From Candidatus Heimdallarchaeota archaeon (lineage in GTDB: Archaea > Asgardarchaeota > Heimdallarchaeia > Hodarchaeales > Hodarchaeaceae), in assembly GCA_020353515.1 (NCBI GenBank), contig CP070695.1:4439248-4503247 (forward strand): 64,000 nt of DNA, written 5' to 3'. Under the pieces are notes generated by a model. The model searched no databases. It worked only from the letters and a program-made list of their open reading frames with translations, and was not told the DNA's origin. Of this stretch, positions 38,349-48,460 are shown piece by piece (position 1 is the stretch's first letter; each line of letters starts with the position of its first letter). The position numbers and the translations under genes are program-made.

Positions 38349-40463
38349 ATGGTATTAAGTTCCTCACAAGACCTTTATCAGCCAACAATAAAAGATATCC
38401 TCCTCCTACCCTTATTTGGAGATATTCAAACGAATCCTAATGGAACAAAAGTAGCTTATTGCACAGGTTACATGAATTTGAATGAGAATAAAATCAATAG
38501 CTACTGTTGTATTCAAGACCTTGAAAAAGAAAGCACCTATTACCTTACACGAACAGGATCGCTTGGAAATTTTCATTGGGTTAATAATGAAACCCTGGCA
38601 GTAATGAAACGAACTGACTCCGCTCCATTTCAAATTTTTCTGTTTGAAAGTCTAGTCGGAGAAGGATTTCAGGTAACTGACCATGCAGGAGGGATAAATG
38701 ACTTTCAACCATTTGCTAATGGTTTTGTATTCATTGCTAATAATCCTGAGAAAGATGAAAAGAAAAAAAGGGAAGCTCGCTTTGGGAATTTTATCCAAGT
38801 AGAGAATGAAAAAAGTATTTCCTCATTGTACTATGTTGATACGGGCAAGATGAAGGAGTACAACCAATTAATCGCACAATCGTTAGAAGATGAACATAAA
38901 AACGGTGTCAAACTAGTTTTTGACCTGGGAATGTTCCTACCAGAACCCGTAAAGATTGAATCAGTCATTCCCTCTTCAACTAACGATTCTGTATTTTTAA
39001 ATTGTCGGAGTAAAGATGACCTGGTATTTGGGCATGAAACGTCTCATTATCGGATTCAATTCAATTCAGAGACAATTTTTCAGAAAGGTTCAAAACCAGT
39101 TGTAACAAAAATAGATCTCCCAGAAGGAGCTAAAATCGTAGCAATATCTCCTGATGGGGCGAAGCTATTAATTCTTTATAAAAAACGTGATAATCGTGAT
39201 TATACTCAAGCAGATTTGTGGATACTGAATGTATCGGATATAGGACGAGGTAATCTTCAGGAACATCTTTCTTGTATTACTTCCAACTTTGATCGGGATC
39301 CACTTTCTTATAGAATATGCTGGACTAAAGCAGGAATCTTTATTACCTATTGGGATGAAAGTCAGGTAAATGTTGCAAGATTATCTGAAGCTGGGGCTAT
39401 TGAGGTTATAGATTTACAGGGATTAATGCCCAACCTCTTTTTTCATGTTAATGACTTAGGGATTGTAAGCTTCCTTGGATTCTCTCCTTCAAAAATTAAT
39501 GATGTATATATGAATCTACCAACAGAAACTGGTCGAAAAACACTTCCATTGACCCACTCTAATGATCTAGTTACTAATTGGGATCTAGGAACGGTTGAAT
39601 CAATAAGATGGACAAGTAGGGATGGAACCGAGATCGAGGGGATCTTACGTAAACCCAGTAACTTTGATCCTAGTCGAAAATATCCCCTACTTATAAATAT
39701 TCACGGTGGACCCCACCACTCTTCTGCTAATGCTCTTTTAGAAGGAATGGATAAATTTTATTATCCTTTAGTTCAATTCACCAATAAAAACATCCTTATT
39801 CTGAAACCTAATTACCGTGGCTCTTTGGGGAAAGGGCAGGCTTTTAAGGAACTACTCATTGATAATGTGGGAGTTGGAGATTTATGGGATCTGGAATCAG
39901 CAATCGATTATTTGGTTCGTCAAGGATTTGTTGATGAAACAAAGATTGGTGCCTGTGGTGGAAGTCAAGGAGCTTACATCAGTGCATTCGCAGCCATGCA
40001 TTCTAATCGGTTCTGTGCGGTTAGTGGTTGTTCGACTCTGTCAAGCTGGGCCACTTATTTCTTTGGCTCTGATAGTAGGTACAGTATTCCTTTTTCTGGA
40101 AACTCGTATCGGAGTAAAGGGCCATTTGATACAGGGATGAAAGAGACATTTGAAAAAACAGCTCCGATGAATGGAATCAACAATACTCGGACACCGATAC
40201 TCCTACAACATGGTGAAAACGATGAACGTGTCCCCCTCTATAGTTCAAAGATGATCCATAGAGCTCTTAAGGAAAAAGGGATTCAGACAGAGCTCTTTAT
40301 TTTCCCAGGAATGGGACACAGCATATCGAAACCCCGTGAGAATTATGCTGTGCTGATTCAGAACTATCGGTGGTTTCTCCATCATCTGTTGGGGGAAGAA
40401 TTGGATTTCTTCAAAGATGATGAAAAAGATCAATTGGAGTATCAGTCTTATGTAAGAAGCTAA
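38349..40463 (+). CDS. S9 family (prolyl oligopeptidase/acylaminoacyl) peptidase
   Basis: YPLLINIHGGP, PNYRGS.G.G, GGSQG, HGENDERV, GMGH; N-terminal propeller. Confidence 0.92.
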   Translation: MVLSSSQDLYQPTIKDILLLPLFGDIQTNPNGTKVAYCTGYMNLNENKINSYCCIQDLEKESTYYLTRTGSLGNFHWVNNETLAVMKRTDSAPFQIFLFESLVGEGFQVTDHAGGINDFQPFANGFVFIANNPEKDEKKKREARFGNFIQVENEKSISSLYYVDTGKMKEYNQLIAQSLEDEHKNGVKLVFDLGMFLPEPVKIESVIPSSTNDSVFLNCRSKDDLVFGHETSHYRIQFNSETIFQKGSKPVVTKIDLPEGAKIVAISPDGAKLLILYKKRDNRDYTQADLWILNVSDIGRGNLQEHLSCITSNFDRDPLSYRICWTKAGIFITYWDESQVNVARLSEAGAIEVIDLQGLMPNLFFHVNDLGIVSFLGFSPSKINDVYMNLPTETGRKTLPLTHSNDLVTNWDLGTVESIRWTSRDGTEIEGILRKPSNFDPSRKYPLLINIHGGPHHSSANALLEGMDKFYYPLVQFTNKNILILKPNYRGSLGKGQAFKELLIDNVGVGDLWDLESAIDYLVRQGFVDETKIGACGGSQGAYISAFAAMHSNRFCAVSGCSTLSSWATYFFGSDSRYSIPFSGNSYRSKGPFDTGMKETFEKTAPMNGINNTRTPILLQHGENDERVPLYSSKMIHRALKEKGIQTELFIFPGMGHSISKPRENYAVLIQNYRWFLHHLLGEELDFFKDDEKDQLEYQSYVRS

Positions 40464-40649
40464 AAAAAAAAAGAAAGAGAAGGTATTACAGCTTAACAAC
40501 AATTGTTTCAGCTAAGATGTCCATAATGTAGACTACATTTATTGGAGTAAAACTAGCTATTTCAAAAATGAGATTAGATGCAATAAACAATAGAAAAAAA
40601 GAAAAAGAAGAAGGGGAAGGAATTGGAGAATCAAATACAGTGATCCAGA

Positions 40650-42077
40650 TTACGGTTTGATATTTCGGTTTAAACGGAAGAAGTTTTGAGGATCAAACTT
40701 CCTCTTTAACTTCGAAAGTCGCTCAAGCTTAGCGGTTCCGTAAGTAGTTTTGACTCTATCTTCTCCTTCATCATAACTTTGGAAATTCACATAAGCACCG
40801 CCAACTGAAAACGGTTGTAAGGCATCCCAAAATGCCCGAGTCCATTTAATGTGCTTGTCTGATTCGTTTGGATCTATCCATGCAGTGTTGAGGATGAGCG
40901 AATAAGAAGCATTTCGGTGACTATATGCCGTTGAATCTTCGTCGATACGACTTACTGCTCCACCAAGATGAAATCCCGCAATGACCGAGAGCGGAGAGGT
41001 GATTCGTGAAGCATGTTCAACAAGTGTATCAATGATATCATCGTTAAGAGCAGGGAGAAATTCTGATTTGACGTAATAATTCAGCCCTGGTCGAGCAGAA
41101 ACATCCAAAAACGATTGGAGTGCTCGGAATGGTTTAGGACCGATTCCATCGATCAGTGGCGTTCCATATTGCCGTAGAGGTGCGATTAATGACTCTCCTT
41201 CTTCGATTGATGATCCTGTATATAAAACTAATATCCCAACCACGGGTTTACCATGAACCACTTTTGGTAAGAAGGGTGCAGGTGGAGCAAGACGGAGAAG
41301 TGGGACAACTGTAAGTTCATCAGGAGTATCAGCGATGAAGTCGCGGTAGAAGCGTAAAAATTCTGGAGCTACTTCCATAGGATGGAGCAGCATTCCCCCA
41401 AGAACCTGGGGACCTATTTTTTGAAGTTTATATTCGAAAGAGGTGACGATACCGAAATTTCCACCACCTCCACATAAGCCCCAAAAGAGATCTTCATTTT
41501 CTGTTTTACTGGCCTTTAAGAATTCACCTTCAGCTGTAACCAGATCAACAGAAATAAGGTTGTCAATGGTGAGTCCATACTTGCGCGAGAGATACCCAAA
41601 TCCTCCACCAAGGGTTAACCCTGCAATGCCAGTAGTCGTAACTATACCAGACGGAACAGCTAAACCAAACACCTGGGTTTCATGATCCAGTTCTCCGAGA
41701 GTGACACCAGCCTGGGCACGTGCTGTGCAAGATTTTGGATCCACGTGAATTCCTTTCATGCGGGAGAGATCAATCACCATTCCATCATCACATAATGCGT
41801 TACCAGTTACGTTGTGTCCCCCGCCTCGGACAGCCACTAAGAGATTGTGTTCACGTGCGAACTTTACTGCATCGATGACGTCTGCAGGACCAGTACAACG
41901 CACAATGAGCGCTGGACACTTGTCAATCATACCATTCCAAATCTTACGGGCATTGTTATATTCATCGTCTGAGGGTAGTAGGACGTCCCCTTGGATTAGC
42001 CCTTTCAGATTTTCTATGGCATCTCCTGAAAGGAAGGCTTCTTCATGTGATAAAGTGATAGTTTTAATCTTAGACAT
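40650..42077 (-). CDS. FAD-linked oxidase, berberine-bridge-enzyme (BBE)/6-HDNO-like family
   Basis: RGGGHN covalent-FAD motif, GIAGLTLGGG, DLFWGLCGGGGNFGIVT, YVNF, K.KFDPQNFF; visibly more GC-rich than flanks. Confidence 0.92.
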   Translation of the reverse strand: MSKIKTITLSHEEAFLSGDAIENLKGLIQGDVLLPSDDEYNNARKIWNGMIDKCPALIVRCTGPADVIDAVKFAREHNLLVAVRGGGHNVTGNALCDDGMVIDLSRMKGIHVDPKSCTARAQAGVTLGELDHETQVFGLAVPSGIVTTTGIAGLTLGGGFGYLSRKYGLTIDNLISVDLVTAEGEFLKASKTENEDLFWGLCGGGGNFGIVTSFEYKLQKIGPQVLGGMLLHPMEVAPEFLRFYRDFIADTPDELTVVPLLRLAPPAPFLPKVVHGKPVVGILVLYTGSSIEEGESLIAPLRQYGTPLIDGIGPKPFRALQSFLDVSARPGLNYYVKSEFLPALNDDIIDTLVEHASRITSPLSVIAGFHLGGAVSRIDEDSTAYSHRNASYSLILNTAWIDPNESDKHIKWTRAFWDALQPFSVGGAYVNFQSYDEGEDRVKTTYGTAKLERLSKLKRKFDPQNFFRLNRNIKP

Positions 42078-42162
42078 GTATTATCCTCCTTCCATAAACA
42101 GTTTTGTTAAATTTAATTCCTTTTTCGAAAATTATTAAAGTCATAATTAACACATATTTACG

Positions 42163-42178
42163 CTTAACAATTGTTAAG
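42163..42178. promoter_or_regulatory. Perfect 16-bp palindrome in divergent intergenic region
   Basis: cttaacaattgttaag between the FAD oxidase and response regulator genes. Confidence 0.5.
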
Positions 42179-42386
42179 TATTTATTTTATTTACCTGCGT
42201 TATTCGTAAACTCTTAATATGGATAGCTAATAAGATATAATAAGATTCAAAGGAAGACTTGTGAAGCTAAGGATCCATCATTTTTTCTTCTAAAATGATA
42301 TCACAAGGGATTATTTTGATAAGTATTATAAAGTAAGTTTCAACTGATCAATCAAATCACTCATTTTAACAAAAGGAAACAGTTGA

Positions 42387-43268
42387 ATGAAATCTGTGAT
42401 CCTTCTAGTGGAAGATGATGAAGCATTACTAGAGCATTCTAAATTAATTTTAGAAAATCATGAATACAAGATCTTAACAGCCAAAAATGGTGTTGAAGCA
42501 TTAGAGATTCTTGAGACCAATGATCAGTTACCAGATTTAATCCTTTGTGACATTATGATGCCCGAAATGAATGGTTATGAATTTTTTAATAAAATGATAG
42601 ATAACCCTGATTGGAACCTGATTCCATTTATTTTTCTGACAGTAAAAGATTCTCCTGAAGATGTTCGCTTTGGAAAAATGCTTGGAGCTGATGATTATCT
42701 TGCAAAACCCGTTAACGAGTTGGATCTTCTAGCAAGTATAGCTGGCAAAATTAATCGGGGAAGAAAACATAATTTATGGAGTAAACAGATCCGAAGTCAT
42801 TTACTAACTGATCAACAAGTAGAAATTAGTTCTGACAAAATCGAGGAAAAAAAGACAGTCATAGTGTTCTTGGTGGTTTGGGATGACAAGATTGGTCCAT
42901 ACTTAAAACTTGTTTATCCAAAGAATGCAAAACTTCCAATCTCAGTCGAATCAATCGGAATCCAGCTATTCCAGGCTGCAGGCCCAATGTATGGAACCAT
43001 TGATTATTATGCTGCTCAAGGAGTATTATTTCGAGTGGCGAATATTGACATGGACAGTTATTTATATTTTTCAACTATTGATGATGAAGATGCCCGGGGA
43101 GGAAAACGTCAAATTATGATCGCAGCCCTCGCTCAAAGAATCAATTATTTTGAATCAATAAGAATATCAGAAATACTCGAAGATTTTTTTGTAGAGAATA
43201 TAGAAGTACAAGAAGATAATATCAAGGATTTATGGGAAAGAATTGGGGAGATAATGACATCTATGTGA
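42387..43268 (+). CDS. Response regulator receiver fused to a longin/uDENN (folliculin-like) domain
   Basis: LVEDD, LCDIMMP, IFLT, LAKP intact; C-terminal VVWDDKIGPYLKLVYP and DEDARGGKRQIMIAAL. Confidence 0.8.
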   Translation: MKSVILLVEDDEALLEHSKLILENHEYKILTAKNGVEALEILETNDQLPDLILCDIMMPEMNGYEFFNKMIDNPDWNLIPFIFLTVKDSPEDVRFGKMLGADDYLAKPVNELDLLASIAGKINRGRKHNLWSKQIRSHLLTDQQVEISSDKIEEKKTVIVFLVVWDDKIGPYLKLVYPKNAKLPISVESIGIQLFQAAGPMYGTIDYYAAQGVLFRVANIDMDSYLYFSTIDDEDARGGKRQIMIAALAQRINYFESIRISEILEDFFVENIEVQEDNIKDLWERIGEIMTSM

Positions 43269-43309
43269 TAGATATCTTGACTTCTGAAGAGACATTAATT
43301 TTAATGAGT

Positions 43310-44152
43310 TTAAATATGGTTTTCCAGCCATTCCTTTAAATCTGTCAATACTTGATTACGTCCAGGCTCTGGTTCGTTATAAACTTCGTGATATAATCCC
43401 TTATATAATTTTAACTGTTTATTAGCGGCTGAAATGTGCGAGAACAACTCAGATGTCTCAAGTGTAAGTTTATCGTGTTCTCCAGATTGAACTAATACTG
43501 GGATCTGGATTTGTGACAAAGATTCTGGAAATTTTTTAGTAATTTTCAGATATTCTGCTCCGAGACGGTAAGTTATAAATTTAAATATTAATGGATCGTT
43601 CTTGTAGGCTTCTACGACGTTTGGATCACTTGAAACATCGGGTGCCAAGTCAATTTTAATCTTCCCTTTTGGTCTTATCTTTGAAAGTATTCCTGAAAGT
43701 AAAACAACTAGTGGATTTACCTTACTTGTGGTTGGGTAACCAAATCCTGAAAAAATAATTCCAGTCAATTCCTCTGGATATTTTTTTGCATAATCAACGG
43801 CAATTAAGACCCCCATTGAGTGACCTAACAAAAAAAAGGGAATATTTTCCTCTTGTTCTTTGATAAGATGGGTAAATTTTCTTGCATCCTCAGAATAGTC
43901 GTTAAAACTGTTAACATAGCCCCTTGTCCCTTCTGATTTGCCATGGCCCCTGAGATCATTGATATAGACTGCAAACCCATTTGGAACTAAAAAATCTACT
44001 ACATTGTTATAGCGAGAGCTGTGTTCTGCTAATCCATGAATGATTTGAATGATGGCTTTTACTTTTCTCTCTGGCTGCCATACCTGATAATATAAATTTA
44101 GGCCATCATCAGTGGCAAAGTGTTCTTCTACATGTTTCATAATTCTTCTCAC
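43310..44152 (-). CDS. Lysophospholipase/monoacylglycerol lipase (Hydrolase_4)
   Basis: HGLAEHSSRY, DLRGHGKS.G.RG, GHSMG, GEHD, YHEVYNE. Confidence 0.92.
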   Translation of the reverse strand: MRRIMKHVEEHFATDDGLNLYYQVWQPERKVKAIIQIIHGLAEHSSRYNNVVDFLVPNGFAVYINDLRGHGKSEGTRGYVNSFNDYSEDARKFTHLIKEQEENIPFFLLGHSMGVLIAVDYAKKYPEELTGIIFSGFGYPTTSKVNPLVVLLSGILSKIRPKGKIKIDLAPDVSSDPNVVEAYKNDPLIFKFITYRLGAEYLKITKKFPESLSQIQIPVLVQSGEHDKLTLETSELFSHISAANKQLKLYKGLYHEVYNEPEPGRNQVLTDLKEWLENHI

Positions 44153-44276
44153 ATCACTTTTTTGATAGAAAAAACAAAAGGAGGAAGTTTATGTTTAACT
44201 TATTATATGAGATAATAAGGATTAAGATGAATTTGATAATATTCTTAAATCTGAGGACTTGTAAAAAAATTATTCC

Positions 44277-45167
44277 TTGAAAAATTCCCCAGGAATGACA
44301 TCCGATTTGGAAATGCATGTATTAGCTGTATTTGGCTTGGTAGTGAACTTAGTTGCTCGTTTTATAGGAGCAATTGTATCTTTTGATATGTATACCAAAA
44401 CAAAGGAAAAAAGACATTTTTTACAACTTATAGGTTGGTTTTTTCTGTTTGTTTCTGGACTATTACCATTTGGAATAACTTTAACTCAAGATCTCTCTGT
44501 TGTGAGTCTTATACGTATCTCAGATGTGATAACCCTTAATATTGGACTATACCTGTTAATTACAGGACTCTCATTGTATTTTGTAACATATCCAAGAAAT
44601 CTGGTAGGGGGTGGTTTAGGGATTATTATAATCGTGCCTATACTTGTATTCATTCTCCTGGATGTTGTAATAGCAATCAATGTTTCAGTTTTCTTTCAGT
44701 TTGTTATAATATTGATTTTTCTGGCTCTTGTTTATTCTAATCGAAAAGAAATCAAAATTATTTTACAATACAGCTATGGCTTGATAGTTCTCCTGACAAC
44801 ATTCTTGGTAGGTTACATTATAGCCTATGTTTATGTTATTACACGTGTACCTAATTATAGCTACGGATTATACATGAGTACTGATGTTATAGGAATAATG
44901 GCATACTATTCAGCAGTTGCAATGGTAACTTTACTTGGATTAATGGTTTTCTTACATTTGGAGCAAGGTATCTTTTTTAAGAAGAAGAACATCTTAACAG
45001 ATGATTATTCACACAAGATTGGCAATATTCTACAAATCATTATGGGAGCAGGAACAACAATTAAGGAATTATCTGATTCAAATGAAGTAAATACAACCAC
45101 TGATTTAATCCTGGAGAGATCAGAGGAAGCTGGAGAGTTAATAAAAAAAATTAGAGAGATGGATTAA
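44277..45167 (+). CDS. Multi-TM membrane sensor-like protein with C-terminal HisKA-like hairpin, no ATPase domain
   Basis: ~7 TM then DDYSHKIGNILQIIMG (H-box-like) and a second helix; ends without N/G1/G2 boxes. Confidence 0.6.
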   Translation: MKNSPGMTSDLEMHVLAVFGLVVNLVARFIGAIVSFDMYTKTKEKRHFLQLIGWFFLFVSGLLPFGITLTQDLSVVSLIRISDVITLNIGLYLLITGLSLYFVTYPRNLVGGGLGIIIIVPILVFILLDVVIAINVSVFFQFVIILIFLALVYSNRKEIKIILQYSYGLIVLLTTFLVGYIIAYVYVITRVPNYSYGLYMSTDVIGIMAYYSAVAMVTLLGLMVFLHLEQGIFFKKKNILTDDYSHKIGNILQIIMGAGTTIKELSDSNEVNTTTDLILERSEEAGELIKKIREMD

Positions 45168-45203
45168 TACCACCCGAAGTTTGAAAACCAAGATAATTTT
45201 CCG

Positions 45204-46274
45204 TTATTTCATGAGTACCTCATTAAGTTCTTGGAGAAAGGCATCAAGAAACTGCTGCAGCTCAGCTCTGGGCTGTGGATGAGGGATTGTAATCCCCAGT
45301 GGCTGAAATTGATGTTTTTGGTCTGAGGTTTCTATGATGAGAAACAGATAATATTCTGGTTCATATTCTCGAATATCCCAGTGAATATCAGTGATTTGAT
45401 ATTTAGAAATGGTTTTAAAGCGATTTAATTTCCAGAACTGTCTACCGACTTGTATTTTATCATTTTCTGCTACTATCACAAACCGGGAGAGAAGCAGCAT
45501 GGAGACCAAGGGTGTAAAAATAACTCCAACTACACTGATTCCTAAACTTATCGTTAAAGTAAAATTCTGCTGGAAAAATCTAATCAATTCCGTAATAAAA
45601 AAGAGAAAGAAGGCAATGACAATTATTGGACTAATTATTCTTGGGACATAACTCTTGTTTATAGGAGAACTAATAACGATTTTAGTTTGATTTGGAGATT
45701 TTTTAGTTTCATACGAGAACCTCATGGGCCATTCTCGCTCTCCTCTAAACGCTTGGAAGAGGTCAAAGAAGAATGAACCAATTAAGGCAAAAAAACCACA
45801 AATCACTATAATAATCCACGGGATAACTAGAAATCCAGTATCAAAGCCAAGAACACGTTGATTTGTACAATATAATTTTAATCGGGCAGAATCTTGAGTT
45901 GGTTCGACAATAACTTGGGCAACTAAGGTATAATCCCCAGATTCTTCAACTTGAAATGAATCTCCCAAGGCTGGATAATAAACATAAGGTGGATCAGGAT
46001 CCATTTCGTATTCTAGGTCTTCTCCAATGAGAAAGGCGGAGAATATCACTTCTTTTCCTTGTAAAATTGAAATATTTATGGTTTCATCCCCAGACCACGC
46101 TCTTACTTCAAAATGATAATACCAGTCTTTCTTGAGGTCTAATGTGAACGTTTTAGTGCCTTCAGTGGGTAAGGAAAAGTCCTTTTCAATTGTTTGAACA
46201 GAAATAGCCAGGAGACCAAGCCCTCCAAATAAAACTAAAAGGTAGAGAATGACGAATGTACGCCTTAATCTCAT
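45204..46274 (-). CDS. Membrane protein with extracellular beta domain, unknown function
   Basis: N-terminal TM, beta-rich ectodomain, three further TMs, cytosolic tail. Confidence 0.7.
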   Translation of the reverse strand: MRLRRTFVILYLLVLFGGLGLLAISVQTIEKDFSLPTEGTKTFTLDLKKDWYYHFEVRAWSGDETINISILQGKEVIFSAFLIGEDLEYEMDPDPPYVYYPALGDSFQVEESGDYTLVAQVIVEPTQDSARLKLYCTNQRVLGFDTGFLVIPWIIIVICGFFALIGSFFFDLFQAFRGEREWPMRFSYETKKSPNQTKIVISSPINKSYVPRIISPIIVIAFFLFFITELIRFFQQNFTLTISLGISVVGVIFTPLVSMLLLSRFVIVAENDKIQVGRQFWKLNRFKTISKYQITDIHWDIREYEPEYYLFLIIETSDQKHQFQPLGITIPHPQPRAELQQFLDAFLQELNEVLMK

Positions 46275-46480
46275 CGGAATTATTTATCCCCTGCTAAATT
46301 CATTGAGGAACAATGAAATTACATGAGTTTTTGTATGTGAAAGTTTGAGAGTATAAAAGTTCTTACAATACTAAAGAGTGTTAAGGAAAATTAGATCTTA
46401 TTACAGGGGCCATTGATGAAATAATGGTCTAAGGCAATGGAAGCGAACTTTCAGCATGATTTAGAAGAGACAGATGAATA

Positions 46481-46927
46481 TTGATGAGCTGCGATATTCA
46501 TAGTCTTGATCCAGTAGCAAATTGTAACAATTTTAATAGAACTATTTGCTCTGAATGTTTGAAACTTATTAAAAAACCATCAGGTGTGTTTTTCTTGAAA
46601 CCTCCAGATGAAAGGTGCCCTCTCTGTTACTGGGATGGTGTTATTGAAATAATGACGAGTAAAACATATTTTTTAAAGCATATTTTAGGAATCATAGGAC
46701 TATCAACCGCTGTTTTTATATGTCAGATTTATTTCGGTAATTATTTTCTAAATATTTCCTCCTGGCTTTTTTTAGGGGTACAATTCTTCATTAAATTGAT
46801 ACCCCAGATAATAGTGTTATTATTGCTTTATTCTTTGTGTTTTAAAACTCCTAGAGTCAAAAAAAAGGCTTTGGATAACAAAATGCAGTTAATTTCCATT
46901 TTGGAAGAAGAAACTAAACTAGATTGA
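46481..46927 (+). CDS. B-box-like zinc finger plus 2-TM protein (one ligand apparently lost)
   Basis: CDIH...ANCNNF...ICSEC...CPLC; expected second Cys is Phe (ttt). Confidence 0.5.
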   Translation: MMSCDIHSLDPVANCNNFNRTICSECLKLIKKPSGVFFLKPPDERCPLCYWDGVIEIMTSKTYFLKHILGIIGLSTAVFICQIYFGNYFLNISSWLFLGVQFFIKLIPQIIVLLLLYSLCFKTPRVKKKALDNKMQLISILEEETKLD

Positions 46928-47147
46928 AATAATTTGGTAGCATAATTGTCTGAATCTGACACGAAAGGTTAAAATGCGGATATTCGTTAAATTATGTTTT
47001 AGTTTCCTATACTAAGTATCACGACTCCACTAATTAATATATTTGAATTTATAAAGGGTAGAGATTTAACGATTTCATTCAAAATTTTAGAACCAAATTT
47101 GCTATAATAACGATGGACGATGAAATCAGGCACAAAAACTCAAGACA

Positions 47148-48449
47148 GTGAATAAAATGAAATTAAAAAACATTTTTAGTTTCTTTATCTTTGTTACTAT
47201 CATTTTTGGGGTATCTCTCACCCCAAAATCCTCGTTAAATGACGTTTCAGGAGATGATTCCTATTCAGGTTTAAGAGGTGTCAATTTAGGCAATTTTTTG
47301 GAGGCACCAAATGAGGGAGATTGGACTAATGGGCTTTTAATCAAAGAAAAACATTTCCAGCGGATTGCCTCAGCTGGATTCAACCTCGTACGTGTACCTA
47401 TACGGTGGAATGCTCATGCTATGGATATTACTCCTTATACCATTGATTCCTCTTTCTTTGATCGGGTTGATTGGGTAATTGATCAGAGTTTTGCAAATAA
47501 TTTGTCAATTATTATCAATATTCACCATTATAATGAGTTAATGGCTGATCCTGAAAGCCATAGGGGTCGATTCCTTGAGTTATGGCAACAAATCTCCCAC
47601 CATTATCAGAATTATTCCCACGACTTATTTTTTGAAGTGTTAAATGAGCCCCATGATAATTTAACTAACATCCTATGGAATCAGTACCTTCAAGACGCTA
47701 TCGATATTATTCGTGTAACAAATCCTGATAGAACTCTGATCGTAGGCCCAACAAATTGGAATAATGTTTGGACACTGTCTGACCTTGTACTCCCCCAAAA
47801 CGACTCCAACATCGTGGCCACTTTCCACTTCTACTCTCCTTTTGAATTTACGCATCAAGGTGCTGAATGGGTCTCAGGAAGTAATGCATGGCTAGGGACT
47901 AATTGGACGAGTTCTCAGGCTGAAAAGGATGGAATTGACAATGAAATCGACTTTGCAGTTAATTGGGCTAAAACAAATAATAGAAGCTTATTTATCGGAG
48001 AATTCGGAGCATACCAATACGGATACATGAATGGTCGAATTGAATGGACCGCCTATGTCCGTGCAAAGGCGGAATCAATCCCTGAAATGTGGGGTTGGGC
48101 CTACTGGGAGTTTTGTTCTGGTTTTGGAATCATGGACAGTAGTTTAAGTTATTGGTACACAGGACTATTGGGTTCTCTCCTTCCAGATAGTCCATTGATT
48201 AAAAGAGACTATTCTACAAGCAGTTCGCTTCCTGTCCTAGAATCGACTCCGGGATCTGAAAGTAGTTCTATCTCATTTACTACGACATCAGAGTCCACTA
48301 ATCTGGAAATAATGCCCATTCTTTTATTAACTTCCCTTATCACTGTTTTTTATAAAAAAAAGCAAGAAAAATCAAAAGAACTAGATACTATTACTTCAAA
48401 AAAGAATGAGAAAAATAAACCAAATGAGAATAGGATAAATCTGCATTAA
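47148..48449 (+). CDS. Glycoside hydrolase family 5 (endoglucanase-like), secreted and C-terminally anchored
   Basis: RGVNLGN, VRVPIRW, NIHHY, EVLNEP (acid/base), HFY.PF.FTHQGA, IGEFG (nucleophile), WAYWEF. Confidence 0.93.
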   Translation: MNKMKLKNIFSFFIFVTIIFGVSLTPKSSLNDVSGDDSYSGLRGVNLGNFLEAPNEGDWTNGLLIKEKHFQRIASAGFNLVRVPIRWNAHAMDITPYTIDSSFFDRVDWVIDQSFANNLSIIINIHHYNELMADPESHRGRFLELWQQISHHYQNYSHDLFFEVLNEPHDNLTNILWNQYLQDAIDIIRVTNPDRTLIVGPTNWNNVWTLSDLVLPQNDSNIVATFHFYSPFEFTHQGAEWVSGSNAWLGTNWTSSQAEKDGIDNEIDFAVNWAKTNNRSLFIGEFGAYQYGYMNGRIEWTAYVRAKAESIPEMWGWAYWEFCSGFGIMDSSLSYWYTGLLGSLLPDSPLIKRDYSTSSSLPVLESTPGSESSSISFTTTSESTNLEIMPILLLTSLITVFYKKKQEKSKELDTITSKKNEKNKPNENRINLH

Positions 48450-48460
48450 TCACAAATTTC

